DNA of 64,000 bases from Heptranchias perlo (GCF_035084215.1 NC_090338.1:21514001-21578000); one strand, 5' to 3'; positions 36,369-50,562 are shown, counted from the stretch's first letter. Made by a program: numbers and translations. Notes: generated from the letters alone by a model not told the origin.

Positions 36369-39134
36369 AAATACGCTACACCTGACCTGGAAGTGTTTGA
36401 TGTTGACTCTGATGCCCAAATAGGAAAGCGTTATGTTTTCTCATGCTGACATCCATTCCTCACATCAATAAGCACAAAATTCTTCTTGAGAAATTAGTAC
36501 ACGCTGTCCTATGAACCACAGTCATTTTTTAAGATGTGGATTAAATGTAGATTTAAGGTCCTCGGCCCAATAGTTGGCAAAATCCCAATACGAGCAGTTC
36601 ATACCCGACTGCAGTAGAATAAAATTTCAATTTCCTACACCAGGTGTCCTTTAAGCCTCTGAGTGAGATTATTGATTTAACATGAGTTGTGGACGGTTTT
36701 GTGCTGTGAACTCGTGCAAAGAACATCTGGGTTCACTCTGTCTAAATTGATTTGACTGAGGATTCTTAGGGCAAGACCAAGGCAGATTAGTCTGCCAGCC
36801 TCAATAGGATGATACCAGTGAGAGGCAGTGCACTGGTCACGGGAGGGGAGTGAATTCAGCCGGCTGGGATGCTGTCCCAGGACCTCAGGTGAGCGGAGCG
36901 GGGAGGGCGGTTGAGAGGTGGCCAGCAATGGCTCGTGGTTTTAATGTGGAGGTGGGAGGAGCGCTCATGCTCCACATTAAGGCAAGTGAAAAACTTGAAA
37001 CTTACCCACTGGGTGCAAGCCTCTAACGATCCTGTTAAGGACATCTGATTTGGCTGTTGTGCACCTGAGAGAACTGACTGCAACATGCAAGGCTCATGCT
37101 GCAGTCAGTCACCAATGGATTTTACAAAGGGGCCTGAAACAGGCATCAGGCCCACAATTTGCATAAGAAGTGAACCTAATGACAGTTTCAGGTGGACACC
37201 CTGAATGACTACAGGGTGTCCTGACCAACATGGCGCGCGGCACACTGCTGGTATAGACATGGAGCGCACGCCTTAGTGTGTCCTGCAGCACCCGTTCACC
37301 TGAAAAACGGGTGCTGCACAATCGAATTTCTAGATCTAGGGATCTAACCTTGACCTTCCTAGTTCAGTACCACATCATGTGGTACATTGGCCAACTGAGA
37401 TATTGAGGAAACAAAATCTTTTTAAACATCATTAGATGAAAATGAAGGAGCTAGTGGGACAAGGCCTTACCAGTTGGATCTCTTTCAAACATTAGATTAC
37501 TCTCAAGGCCCAGGAGATGTGAGAAAACTTATATTACTGCAGATTAAATTACTCCTAAATTCAAAGTGTACTAAATAATTGTCAGATTACTTCTATTATA
37601 GAATAGACCATAAAAATTACTTTTATTTCCATTTTCTTTTCCTTTTCTCTCCTCCTGTCCTAAAGTCATTGAATCCTGCTGGGTTATGGTTTTAAGGACT
37701 TTGGCAGCTTTCAACTACCTCTCTCAATTAACTTCTTAATTCTTTAGTCCAGAGATTGAGCATCAGCAGGTTATCTGATCATAGAATCCTAGAATTAACT
37801 AATTGATGATTCAGGATTATTTGACAGAGCCTAGTATATGGAAAATATACAGTATTTATTGAATTCATGTCTGTTTTTAGCAGAGGGTGGCTCGTTACAG
37901 GAGCACTGTCGCTTCTGGGAAAGCTTTCCTATGCTGATAGACACACATCACAATGATATCCTTTATATATTAGCATCATTAAAACATCATCACACTTTTT
38001 TGTGACATCATTGTGATGCAAGCTCGTCTAGCCTCTCTAAAATAGCGACAATCCCCTTTACCCCTTGGAGTCCCCTTACATTCTGCTCAACACAACTGGC
38101 ATAAAATGCCATACATTTTTGTGGATTGTTGATTTAAAATGCTGCAACTCTCAATCCCAGAGGCTGCAATAAGCCTTGTGGAAATCATGCTCGTGGGTGG
38201 TCATTGTGGCAAACTGAGCTGTTGAGTGATAAGATTCAGGTTCACCCCCCCAAATCTCATTGTGTTTTCCCTATGTATACATTACCTAATCTGAAACTGA
38301 GATAATGAGTGAAGATGAGAGAAGAAGGGAGTCCGAGGAAGATTTAACCGATGCCTACTTTCTACCACATTGAGAGGAGCATTTCAGTCCACCTTACTGA
38401 ACAGTAATACAGGCCTCTCGCTGGTCCTGAACGAGGGATAGCAACTATGATTGGACCTATTCCTGGAGGTTTTATCACGTGACCTCTCACCTCCAACAAC
38501 TCCTGCCCAGTCAAATAGCATTTTCCCCATCTTAATATAACTAAACATATTCAAAGAAAATGTACAATTTTTCAATGCCACTGTGTGATTTGTGTCCTGG
38601 CTTGCTCACAGCAGTGTCCAGGAGATTAATCTTTAATTCCTGGAGTCACCAGGGCAATCCTAGAGGTTTGGCAACCCTATCCTAAAGCCGCCACACAGTG
38701 ACATGACAATTTCTGTTAGAATATCCCAATTTTATGCCACCGTGCGATTTGCTCGGTGGGCACAGGCAGTTTGTTTGAGTATACTTATCGCTGTCTCAGA
38801 AACATTCCAGTTTGAGATGACTGAAGGCACTGGTGATAATCTGGACAAGTTGACATGTTGTGATGTTATGCACTGTGATCTAATCTGGGTTAAAATGGGG
38901 GCGATGATTCAAACTTGCTGCAGATACATTTTCCTCAAGTTCAATGAAAACATTTGTTTTCATTGGCAAGCCCTTGTTCCTTATGAACTGAAATGTCACC
39001 TCATGTATTAAGTATTCTGAGATAACAGGCCATTAGGCATATAATAAACCCTTTTTACCACTGATATACACTGGAAATAATATGGGATCCTGCCGTGCAA
39101 TCCTGATACCTCTGATTAATGGGAAATACCACAC

Positions 39135-39537
39135 TACAACAACAATAACTTGTATTTATGGAGCGCAATTAATGTACTAAAAACACCCCAAGGCGTTTCA
39201 AAGGAGCGTTATCAGAAAAATTTGACACCGAGCTACATAAGGAGATATTAGGACAGGTGACCAAAAGCTTGGTCAAAGAGGTAGGTTTTAAAGAGCGACT
39301 TAAAAAATGGAAAGAGGTGGAGAGATGGAAACGTTTAGGGGTGGAATTCCAGAGCTTAGGGCCTAGGCAGCTGAAGGCAAGGCCGTCAATGATGGAGTGA
39401 TGAAAATCGGGGATGTGCAAGAGGCCAGAATTGGAGGAGCACAGAGATCTTGGAGTGTTGTAGGGCTGAACAGGTTGCAGTGATAGGAAGGGGTGAGGCC
39501 ATGGAAGGATTTGAACACAAAGATGAGAATTTTAAAA
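39135..39537 (-). mobile_element. L2-type LINE 3' end
   Basis: The minus-strand ORF reads DGLAFSCLGPKLWNS. The terminus aacaacaataacttgtattta is shared with 41059 and with the SINE tails. Confidence 0.75.
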
Positions 39538-41058
39538 CCTACAGCAAGGCTGAAAACTACAATTAAGTTTATTGAGAAGTAAGTTTAACAGAAAAGCAAG
39601 ATTTAAACAAAAACAGCAGATTGTAGCGAGAAATATTAATTCATGTAATTCAGTTTTTTTTCAAAACAATAAAATTGAAGAATATTAAAGTTTTCTGCAA
39701 TGTGCATTGTACATTTACTGTTTTAGATTTACAGCTCATCCACTGCACTTAAGAAATGCAGCAGTGTGGAGACATTGGGAACATCACTCATGGTGCTCGT
39801 CAGAAGCCAATTCCCTGAGGTGATTGCCTGGTATGCGGGCCAGGGTCTGCAGATATAGTTAGTGGGGCCAAGCTGGCTTGGTACATGCTGATGTCCTTGG
39901 CATGTCTTCTTCCAGCTACTTCTACTTCAAGCATGGAGTACTGTGATTGTGGGGCTTTCAAAGCAACCCACAGCATAAAGATAACAGTGACTTGTCGAAG
40001 GCATTGCACTTGGTGTATCCACTAGTTCGGTGTCTTGGTACACCTTAGGTGGAATGAAAATTGGTATTGGAGCTTAATAGATCCCGTCTGCTTGAAGGAT
40101 AACCCAGTTCTGCAGAACTCTAGGAGATTGTTTTTGTATGGTAAGTTTCTTAGCGATATTGGTTAAAAAAAATGATTCTGCTGTGATAAATGTTCCTTCC
40201 ATTGTCCGATTTGGAAAAACACATGAAACATTCACGAGGAAACAGTTGTAAAATATAAGTAACACCAGAGAGGGGAGACTTTCATTCCATTTGTGCCATT
40301 ACTCAAATGGAGTGTTCCAACCAATTGTACAAACTAACCTCAGTTACAGTTGCTTTAAAAAGGCTGTGTGGGCACTGAAATACCATTTACTTTTCACCGA
40401 TGGCATTGGTTGGTGTATAAATGGAGGATGTATGACGGGTACCTATTGTACACAATATTTATTCAATGGACAGACCTTACTATATAAGAGCAGCATGACT
40501 GTGAGTGCATTATCAAATTCCCAATGTCAACACCAGTGTAATAATGATTGTATGAAATATTGAATAACTGGGAATGACTGAGTTATTGTTAGCTAAGTCT
40601 GATAGAGTATAAAATGAGGTGTGATGCAGGGTACAGTGGAACCATTAAAAGTGTTTGTACCAGCCTGAACAACACAAGCTGTGGTATGAAATCTGATGCA
40701 CAAAGCCATGTTCAAAAACAACCTTTGCAAGTGCAGAAAGATATGGAAATGTGACATGAACAAGATCCATGGCTCCTCGTTGTGGTGCTGTACATACAGT
40801 ACTAAATTAGGCAATTGTACATTGCTATTATCTCTCTATTAGTCCCAGTTCATAAATCAAGAATGTCATACGTTGTACACCAGAGTTGTTTTTTTAATAT
40901 TTACATATTCAAACACATGGGTCAGATTGTTAACCAAACATTTCTGGGAAAATGAGGGTGGAGGATTTGAATCAAAAGGATCTTGTTCTGGTTCTTGCTT
41001 GCAGCATATCTATGAGTATAAATTTGCCACTTACACACACTTGGGTACATATACACTC

Positions 41059-41812
41059 AACAACAACAACAACTTGTGTTTATATAGCACCTTTAACGTG
41101 GTAAAACATCTCAAGGCACTTCACAGGAATGTTATCAAACAAATTTTGACACTGAGGCACACAAGGAGATATTAGGACAGGAAAGAGGTAGGTTTTAATA
41201 AACGTCTTAAAGGAGGAAAGAGAAGTAGAGAGGCGGAGAGGTTTTAGGGAGGACATTCCAGAGCTTGGGGCCTAGGCAGCTGAAGGTGCTGCTGCCAATG
41301 GTGGAGCGATTAAAATCGGGGATGCGCAAGCGGCCAGAATTGGAGGAGCGCAGAGATCTCAGAGGGTTGTAGGGCTGGAGGAGGTGACAGACATAGGCAG
41401 GGATGATGCCATGGAGGAATTTGAAAACAAGGATGAGATTTTTAAAATCAAGGCTTTGCTGGACTGGGAGCCAATGTAGGTCAGTGAGTACAGGGGTGAT
41501 GGGTGAACAGGACTTGATGTGAGTTAGAATATGGGCAGCAGAGTTTTGGATGAGAAATTTATGGAGGGTGGAAGATGGGAGGGCAGCAAGGAGAGCGCAT
41601 TGGAATAGTCAAGTTTAGAGGTAACAAAGATATAGATGAGGGTTTCAGCAGCAGATGAGCTAAGGCTACGGAGATGGAAGTAGGCGGTCTTGCTGATGGA
41701 ACGGATATGGGGGTCAGAAGCTCATCTCAGGTCAAATAGGACGCAAAGGTTGCGAACGGTCTGGTTCAGCTTCAGATAATGGCCAGGGAGAGGGATGTAG
41801 TCGGTGGCAGGG
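41059..41812 (-). mobile_element. L2-type LINE 3' portion
   Basis: Homologous to 39135-39537 (ggagatattaggacagg..gggcctaggcagctgaagg..ggccagaattggaggagc) and extends further 5'. (caa)n tail. Confidence 0.8.
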
Positions 41813-42218
41813 ACAGAAGACAATGGCTTCAGGAACAGCATGCCTGTTTATGCATTTGCTGACACTTTGGAGAGAAGAGGGGGTTTATCACAATAAAGCA
41901 GTTTCTAATGTGTCTGAGCTTGTATTACTTTTAACATTTGAATTAAGTTTCCTTCACAATCTACTGCCCAAAATGTTCATTTCTTCCCTTTTTGTAAGTT
42001 TCTTCATTTTCCTCTCTTTGCCAAACATCATTTTCTGGCTGAAGGAGTGGACACACAGGCTGCTTGCAGATCTTCTTAATCTATTCATGTTGGCAAGGCA
42101 GTATTTTTTGCCTATCCCTCATTGCCTTGAGTGCATGAAGAGTCAACCACATAGTATGGGACTGGAACCGAGTCAGATGTAAGCTGGACCAGGAAGGACA
42201 TTGGTGAACCACTGGCAG

Positions 42219-43860
42219 ATTGGTAGTGGTTGTTGGAGGCCAATCATCTTAGCCCCAGGACATTGCTGCAGGAGTTCCTCAGTGCAGTGTCCTCGGCCCA
42301 ACCATCTTCAGCTGCTTCATCAATGACCTTCCCTCCATCATAAGGTCAGAAATGGGGATGTTCGCTGATGATTACACAGTGTTCAGTTCCATTCGCAACC
42401 CCTCAGATAATGAAGCAGTCCATGCCCGCATGCAGCAAGACCTGGACAACATTCAGGCTTGGGCTGATAAGTGGCAAGTAACATTCGCGCTAGACAAGTG
42501 CCAGACAATTACCATCTCCAACAAGAGAGAGTCTAACCACCTCCCTTTGACATTCAACGGCATTACCATCACCGAATCCCCCACCATCAACATCCTGGGG
42601 GTCACCATTGACCAGAAACTTAACTGGACCTGCTACAGAAATACTGTGGCTATAAGAGCAGGTCAGAAGCTGGGTATTCTGCGGCGAGTGACTCACCTCC
42701 TGACTCCCCAAAGCCTTTCCACCATCTACAACGCACAAGTCAGGAGTATGATGGAATACTCTCCACTTGCCTGGATGAGTGCAGCTCCAACAAAACTCAA
42801 GAAGCTCGACACCATCCAGGACAAAGAAGCCCACTTGATTGGCACCCCATCCACCACCCTAAACATTCACTCCCTTCACCACCGGTGCACCGTGGCTGCA
42901 GTGTGTACCATCTACAGGATGCACTGCAGCAACTCACCAAGGCTTCTTCAACAGCTCCTCCCAAGCCCGTGACCTCTACCACCTAGAAGGACAAGGGCAG
43001 CAGGCACATGGGAACAACACCACTGCACGTTCCCCTCCAACTCATACACCACCCCGACTCGGAAATATATTGCCGTTCCTTCATCGTCGCTGGGTCAAAA
43101 TCCTGGAACTCCCTACCTAACAGCACTGTGGGAGAATCTTCACCAGACGGACTGCAGCGGTTCAAGAAGGCGGCTCACCACCACCTTCTCAAGGGCGATG
43201 TCTTGTTGAAGTTGTACAAGACATTAGTAAGGCCACACTTGGAATACTGTGTACAGTTCTGGTCACCCTATTATAGAAAGGATATTATTAAACTAGAAAG
43301 AGTGCAGAAAAGATTTACTCGGATGCTAGCGGGACTTGATGGTTTGACTTATAGGGAGAGGTTGGATAGACTGAGACTTTTTTCCCTGGAGAGTAGGAGG
43401 TTTAGGGGTGATCTTATAGAAGTCTATAAAATAATGAGGGGCATAGATAAGGTAGATAGTCAAAATCTTTTCCCAAAGGTAGGGGAGTCTATAACGAGGG
43501 GGCATAGATTTAAGGTGAGAGGGGAGAGATACAAAAGGGTCCAGAGGGGCAATTTTTTTCACTCAAAGGGTGGTGAGTGTCTGGAACGAGCTGCCAGAGG
43601 CAGTAGTAGAGGCGGGTACAATTTTGTCTTTTAAAAAGCATTTGGACAGTTACATGGGTAAGATGGGTATAGAGGGATATGGGCCAAGTGCAGGCAATTG
43701 GGACTAGCTTAGTGGTATAAACTGGGCGACATGGACATGTTGGGCCGAAGGGCCTGTTTCCATGTTGTAAACTTCTATGATTCTATGATTCTAATTAGGG
43801 ATGGGCAATAAATGCTGGCCTCGCCAGCGATGCCCACATCCCATGAACGAATGAAAAAAA
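42219..43860 (+). mobile_element. CR1-clade LINE family B (42219-43196 plus 43793-43860), interrupted
   Basis: ORF 42352-42972 MGMFADDYTVF..QQDLDNIQAWADKWQVTF. ttctcaagggc (43196) rejoins aattagggatgggc (43793). Confidence 0.92.
43197..43792 (+). mobile_element. CR1 family A 3' fragment nested in the family B element
   Basis: DVLLKLYKTLVRPHLEYCVQFWSP..; (ttctatga)n tail ending at 43792; no TSD. Confidence 0.92.
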
Positions 43861-44761
43861 ATTTAGCAATCATTTTCTGGCGGTAGCCCACAAATTACCA
43901 GATTTATTGGATTTAATTTTGCAGTTTGCCATGATGGGAATGTGAACTCACAAACTTTGTGTCGCTAGCCCAGTGCCCTCACCACTAGGCAGCCTCCAGC
44001 TACCCTGGTGCATAACTGGCAGCTTCCACTAAGAACACCCCCCCCCAGACAGTGTGAGATATCAGGAATGTGTGATGCAGACAATCGTAGAAACTAACCT
44101 GACTTTTGCACAGTGAATTAGAGGTCTAACTTTGTCAGCCATATCAGTCGGTGAATACTGCATGTTCAGAAATATGGGAGAAAGTATATCAACTCCAAGC
44201 CATTTTTTCTGTTTCTTCTTTTCATAAACTGCTATCGTGCTTTAGGGGATTAGAAGTCAAAGGAGCTAAAAATTCTATATAACATTTAATATCATAAACT
44301 GTAGATAACTCGCTGCATTAATTAAGCACAACCTGGAAGAGTCTTTCTGGTAGCAATATTGCTTTAACGTGTGCTGAAATTGATTAAACTGCCCTTTTTG
44401 TGCTCCCATGTTGCGTTGCTGTTCAAATACTCGTAAAGTCAAGAAAGTTTCTCCATATTTAACCCTGCAATGCCGAGACTGGGGGATTGGGGAACTGAGC
44501 CTTTTCCACTCATTCCTCTGTAATTTCAGTGGGAGAAGTAATTAGCTGATGCAATATTTCATTGACTTCACTGAACGCCTCAGAATAATTAACATCAGTT
44601 CAGTGAAATCCGAAATGGTTTGTCAAGGTCATGGCTGCCCTTTGGCAGATTCTGTTTGGAGGTGGTTGCCGGGGTGAGGCGCAAGAACAGAAATGAAAGC
44701 AAAAATCTGCCCTGGGGTTGCTCCTGGATTTTCACTTGCTAAGATGATCAATTGTTAGTGT

Positions 44762-45943
44762 TTGGATTTTCAAAAGGCCTTCGATAAGGTACTGCGTAGT
44801 AGACTCATGCCTAAGGTCACAGCTTGTGCAGTCAGTGGACATGCAGCAGAATGGATACAAAACAGAAAAGAGAGAGTAGGGGTTAAGGATAGCTACTCAG
44901 ACTGGCAAAAGATGGAAAGTGGTGTTTCACATGGATCGGTGCAGGGGCCACTGTTGTTCACAACTTACATAAACGATTTGGAAACAGGAATCGGAAGTGC
45001 AATTGCAAAATTTGCGGGCGACACCAAATTGGAGGGAGTCGTTAATACAAAGGAATAATGTGTCAAACTGCAAGAGGACATTAATAAACTTGCAGAATGG
45101 GCGTGTAATTGGCAAATGAATTTCAATATAGGTAAGAGTGAGGTGGTGCATTTTGATAGGAAGAATAAGGAGGCCACATACTACTTGGATAATAAGAGTC
45201 TAAATGGGATAGAGGAGCAAAGGGATCTAGGAGTACAGAGACACAAATCACTAAAAGTAGCGATGCAGGTTAATAAGGCCATTAACAAAGGCAAATCAAG
45301 CACTCGGGTTCATTTCTAGAGGGATAGAATTTAAAAGAAGAGAAGTTATGATAAACTTGAAAAGAACCTTGGTTAGACCCACTTGGAGTACTGTGCACAG
45401 TTCTGGTCTCCATATTATGGAAAGGATATAGAGGCATTCGAGAGGGTGCAAAGAAGATTCACAAGGATGATACCAGAACTGAGAGGATATACTTATCAGG
45501 AAAGGCTGAACAGGTTGAGGCTCGTTTCAATAGAAAAAAGAAGGCCGAGGGGTGACCTGATAGAGGTGTTTAAGATAATGAAAGGGTTTGACAGGGTAGA
45601 CGTGGAGAAAATGTTTCCACTTGTAGGGGAGTCACAAACTAGAGGTTATTAATATAAAATAGTCACGAATAAATCCAATAGGGAATTCAGGAGAAACTTC
45701 TTTACCCAAAGAGTGGTAAGAATATGGAATGCGCTACCACAAGACGTTGTCGAGACAAATAACATAGATACATTTAAGGGGAAGCTAGATAAGCACATGA
45801 GGGAGAAAGGAGTAGAAGGGTATCCTGATAGGGTTAGATGAAGTAGGGAGGGAGGAGGCTCATGTGGACCATAAACACCAGCATAGACCAGTTGAGCCGA
45901 ATGGCCTATTTCTGTGTTGTAGTTTTGATGTAACTAGATGTAA
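44762..45943 (+). mobile_element. CR1 family A RT-to-3' end, decayed
   Basis: DFQKAFDKV, GSVQGPLLFTTYINDL, KFAGDTKL, EYCAQFWSP; 3' UTR gagccgaatggcc. Confidence 0.9.
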
Positions 45944-46543
45944 TCAACTAACATGGCAGTTCTGAAGCAGGCTTAAAACATTATGTTGTGCCCACATAGT
46001 ATTCCATGTCACTATGCTTGGCAGAAATAAGTCCAACAGCATAATAAGCAAAAAAGAATTATATATTCCTGCACGATGATTACAAGTGTGGTTCTGTGCA
46101 GCAGTATTCAAGATATTTGTGGGCGTGCAATGTGACCTGCCTCCCATGATCCTTTTCCAGTGTTTCTTTCAACTATCAAATAAAATGCAGGGAAAAGCAA
46201 AATGAGGTACAAGAGGAGAAAGACTCAGAGTGAGGGAGAAATATAGAGACATTTATACACATACAAAGATATGGGGCTCGAATTTAGCAGGCCTGCGGGT
46301 TCCCAGCGGGTGGTCCTCCGGGAGCGTGGTCAACACGCTCGGCGAAATTAGTGGGTTGCCCACGCGATCGTAGCAGGCAACACACTAATAGGAATCAATT
46401 ACCTGCTCCTCCGGGGTCCACGGCGCTGGCCTGCGCGTCGGTCGGGCTGCGCATGCGCAGTACGATCTGTCAGCTGGAGGCTCTCTAGTTAAAGGGGCAG
46501 TCCTCCACTGACAGATGCTGCAACCAATGGAACAAATTGCAGC

Positions 46544-46788
46544 ATGGAGCAGCCCAGGGGGAAGGCTGCTCCCAGTTTAATGATGCCTCACCCCAGGTAT
46601 CATCAGATGGGGTGAGGAGGAGGGGGAGGACACAGATCTTCCCCCCGGCGGGCGGGAGGAAGCGGCCTGCCTCTGCCACCAAGAAGGCCTGGCTCGAGAT
46701 GGCAGAGGGGGTCACCTGCGCCACCAACATATGGCCCAACTGCACACAGTGCAGGAGGCGCTGCAATGACCGCAGTAGGTCAGCCGCA
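46544..46788 (+). pseudogene. Harbinger Myb/SANT-like protein remnant
   Basis: KRPASATKKAWLEMAEGVTCATNIWPNCTQCRRRCNDRSRS, with the same early frameshift as copy A. Confidence 0.75.
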
Positions 46789-47349
46789 GTGAGAACATGA
46801 AGTCTTTCCCCTACACTCCGTCTGCCACAACACTGCCCCCACCCCACATCTCCTTCGGCACCGCCAACACTATTCTGTCACATCACCCTTCATACCCACT
46901 CAAACCCCATCCTCATCTTACCTCCACCTACTCACCTCGCCAGTACTCATCCTGCCACTAACACGCGACCCAATCCTCATACAATCTCATTGCTCCATCC
47001 CATACTCACCCTCCCGTGCATCTCCCTCACGGCCAGCCTCACTCAACCTGCCACCACCTGTGCTGCAGCCACAGGGCATGCATCACATATGTGCAGTAGG
47101 CAGCGTAAGGCAAACGTGTCGTCAGCATGAAGGGGGTGCACAAGGGTGTCTGAGGGTTTGTCATGGGTGTTACCTATATTGAATTTCAGAGCAACAAACA
47201 GCACACATTATATTGACACCACCACTGCCATGTCTCCGCGAATCCTGTCCGTTGTGTCCAATAATGGCCGCTCCTGGGTATCACTATGAGGACCCACTAC
47301 TGATGCCACCCATCGTGTTACTGCAGAGTAGGTGCAGGTGTATTTGCAG

Positions 47350-47790
47350 GGCTCGTCCGCGCAGACGACTGAGAGACATCGGCGGTGTAGCCGGCTGCAC
47401 CCTGGAAGGATGCGGAGGAGAAGGTGTTGAGGGCAGTGGTGACTTTGACAGCGACAGGTAAGCAGTTGGTGCTGGGGCCAGCCAGGAGCAGCTCGGCATG
47501 AAAGAGGCTGCAGATCTCCACGACTACATGTCGAGCGAATCTGCGCCTCCCTGTGCACTGCTGCTCGGAGAGGTCTGGGGAGCTGCGCCTCGGTCTGTGG
47601 ACCCTGTGGCGAGGGTAGTGCCCTCTGCGATGCGTCTCTCTCTGCGGTAGCCCTCCCTCCTGCTGTGCAGGTGGGCGTGCAACAACACCGTGTTGGGGGG
47701 ATCCACGTCTCTGCGGCGGACGGCGTGGACTGCGAGGCTGCTGGGGCTGGTCATGCTCTTCGTCCTCCGAGGGTGTCCACACACCACCCA
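47350..47790 (-). pseudogene. Harbinger transposase N-terminal remnant
   Basis: HYPRHRVHRPR..DLSEQQC..RFARHVVVEICSL..LPVAVKVTTALNTFSSASFQ. Confidence 0.8.
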
Positions 47791-48819
47791 TCTGGCAGGT
47801 GTTGGTCTGAGGGGTTGTGCAGGGTAGGTGGGTGGTTCCTCGGACTGGGGCTGCGGTTTCGTGTCGGTCTGTCCTCTGGCTTGGCGGGGGGTGGTGGAGG
47901 GCAGGGGTTGCGCTATGTGACGCGGTGGCCTCCTGCGTGGGTGAGGGCTCTCCCCCGTGGAGCGCACCTTGGCACCTGCCACAGGCTGCTGGCTGCAACA
48001 CGCCTGGTTGAGGAGGGACTGTTTCCCCCAGTGTGGGAAACTCACTGCCTTGAACCGAAAATCCCACACTTCCTCTTTTGACAGCTGCTTCAGCTCATTA
48101 ACTGACCACAACGAGCAAGGTAAGTACTCTCAAGTGGAACCCCGCTGGCTTTAATTGCCTGCGGGATTCCCACCAGCGGGGCTTGCGCGCGCAGCCCCGC
48201 ACGTCAGCGCGGTACCCGGAAGTGGCCGGGATTTTGTCGCGATCCGGTCACGTGACCGGATATCGGGATTTTCGGGGCCACCCCGCTGGGAACCCGCCGG
48301 AAACACGATCCCAAAATCGAGCCCATGGTTAATGAGAGACATGTTGTCAGTGAAAGGGAGATAGAAAGCTACAGAGAGAAACAAAAGAAACAGATACTTA
48401 ACACACACACAAATAAATATACATCTCATAATGGTGTTCTATCTCTGACAAAGCCCTTCAGGTATGACAAGAGAAAGACAAAGACTTGAGGTTATAAGTT
48501 CAGTTAATTCTCCACTCTGATCTATTTATTTTTTCTTAATAGTAAGTGCATCTGACATTGTGGTCCGGGAGATATTTTAGCCTGCTCCTTGAGAGTCCTT
48601 TCGGGTTTGACCTCCAATACTACAGCAAGAGAATCAGAGGACTTTGTTCACACTGTTCTTTGTTCTGTTGTAGCCCGTTGACACTCTTTTTTTAATATTT
48701 AATATTTACTTTAAAAAAAAACACTTGATTGTGTTTATTACCTGGTTGTTTGCCGATGGCAAGTATAATGATGATAATCTCAACACACTCCATCAATTGA
48801 CAAGAACCTCAAACGTTTT

Positions 48820-49830
48820 TAGGGACAAAAAAAAGTCACTAGGTCCAACAAGCCCATCCATTTTTTCAATCCCACCTGCACACCATACCTATCGAGTGCT
48901 TGTCTTCTGGAAAATGATTCTACTTGTCTGTTGAATCTATTTCTACTTGAGTGGCCTTCCCTGGTAACTGATTTTACAATTTTGTCACTGAAAATGTTCC
49001 ACTTGACTTCTCATTTTACTCTTCACTTATTAATTTTTAACTAATATTACCTAGTTTTCACCATTGACCACAATTTGTCCAGATTAACTTTACCAATTCC
49101 CATCATAATCTTGAAATAGGCAAGTAAGTCACTTGTGAGTATCCTTCTTTCCAAAGAAAATTAGTCCATACCCTTTCTTCCCAACTTAAATTCCCAGAAT
49201 GATCTTTTTGCTCATTTCTGTATCCTTTCAAAGGCAACAATAATCTTTTCTATGATAAGCTACCAAGGACTGTATTGTGTGGCCCAGTCAGAGTCTGTTC
49301 AACTGCCTCACTCAACAATAATGTAACCCATGATTTTTTTAAAAACTTATCAGCTTCAGCTAATGCAAGCCAGTACCTTATTTGCTCTTTTTTATATAAA
49401 AAAGCTGAGCTCTCTGCTGCTGGTTTCATACATGTATTCTTTGTAACTGCTAGATCTTTTTCTGATCAGTACACTGTACCACTCTTCCATTTAACAAGTA
49501 ATTCCCTTTTTAGTTCTTTGCTCCCTACTAATTATTGTACACTTACCTTTGTTATGCTGCATCGGCACCAATTAGCCCAGTTATCTTAAAGGTCTAAATC
49601 TTTCTCAGTTGGTTAAACTGTTTCTCTTGACTTCTCATTACCTTTTTTAACCTGTTTTAGCTTGTCTTTATAATTTCCCCAATCATCCTGCATTTGGTTT
49701 TGCTTATAAGTATGGAAAATTTTCAGCTACCTCCAACATTGTTATTTAAATCCCTGCTTAACTATTTTGGCCTCTGTTGCCTTTTAATCTTTTTTTTGTT
49801 TGGCTGGAATTAATTTAATCATGCATTGAT
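48820..49830 (-). mobile_element. Very old CR1-like remnant
   Basis: Decayed reverse-strand CR1-like phrases (cccatcataatcttgaa..gtcac, tccataccctttcttcccaactt, ttcagctaatgc); no ORF. Confidence 0.45.
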
Positions 49831-50374
49831 GATGCCTAAACTGATGGATTAACTATTTTGATGTAATCAGTGCAAGTTATGAAGTACTGGGAAATTTGAT
49901 CATTCAAGTATAAAGCAGTAATCTGATCAAGGAGATTTGGATGGTTCCTATGTAGACTAATGGGAATTTGGGAGTAGGTTACAGGGAATAATGTAACTAC
50001 CAGGTTCATATTATTTATGTATAGTACAATGAATATCTGGTGATGAATTATGGCCAATAATTTAATTGTGAGGTTCAACTTTTGCATATTTACAATAATG
50101 AATACTTGGGAATTTACAGGCTGCAATCCAATCAGTCAGTCAGTACCTGTGAAGAGAATAAATTAATATTTTGGGTGTAACCTTTCATCAAAACTAGAAA
50201 AATGAACAACACAAAGTTAAGGGACAGTAACCTGGGAGCAGTTTAGGAAGTGGGACGGTTAATCAGGTTTGAAATGGAAAGCAGAGAAGCTCGGAAAATA
50301 GGTCAGGATCTAGTGATTCAAAGAGCAGAAAAGCAAACCAACACCCAGGGTACAGATTCCTCTGCTATAATGAT

Positions 50375-50562
50375 TCTTACAACACCAGGTTATAGTCCAA
50401 CAGTTTTATTTGAAAATCACAAGCTTTCGGAGGCTTTCTCCTTCGAAGGAGAAAGCCTCCGAAAGCTTGTGATTTTCAAATAAAACTGTTGGACTATAAC
50501 CTGGTGTTGTAAGATTCCTTACATTTGTCCACCCCAGTCCATCACTGGCATCTCCACATCAT
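50375..50562 (+). mobile_element. Fold-back Penelope mini-element: perfect 140-bp palindrome plus terminus
   Basis: 50375-50444 is the exact reverse complement of 50445-50514 with no spacer. Terminus ..catctccacatcat. Direct repeat tgctataatgat at 50363-50374 and 50562-50573. Confidence 0.9.

Larger units (their letters stand above)
46274..48324. mobile_element. Non-autonomous PIF/Harbinger transposon, copy B
   Basis: TIRs gggctcgaattt / aaaatcgagccc and 3-bp TSD ATG (46271-46273, 48325-48327). Colinear with 22855-24891. Confidence 0.9.

Noticed and set aside
43008-43634. 208-aa ORF that looks like a novel protein
   Set aside because: It is an accidental in-frame fusion of LINE family B sequence and the CR1 inserted at 43197.
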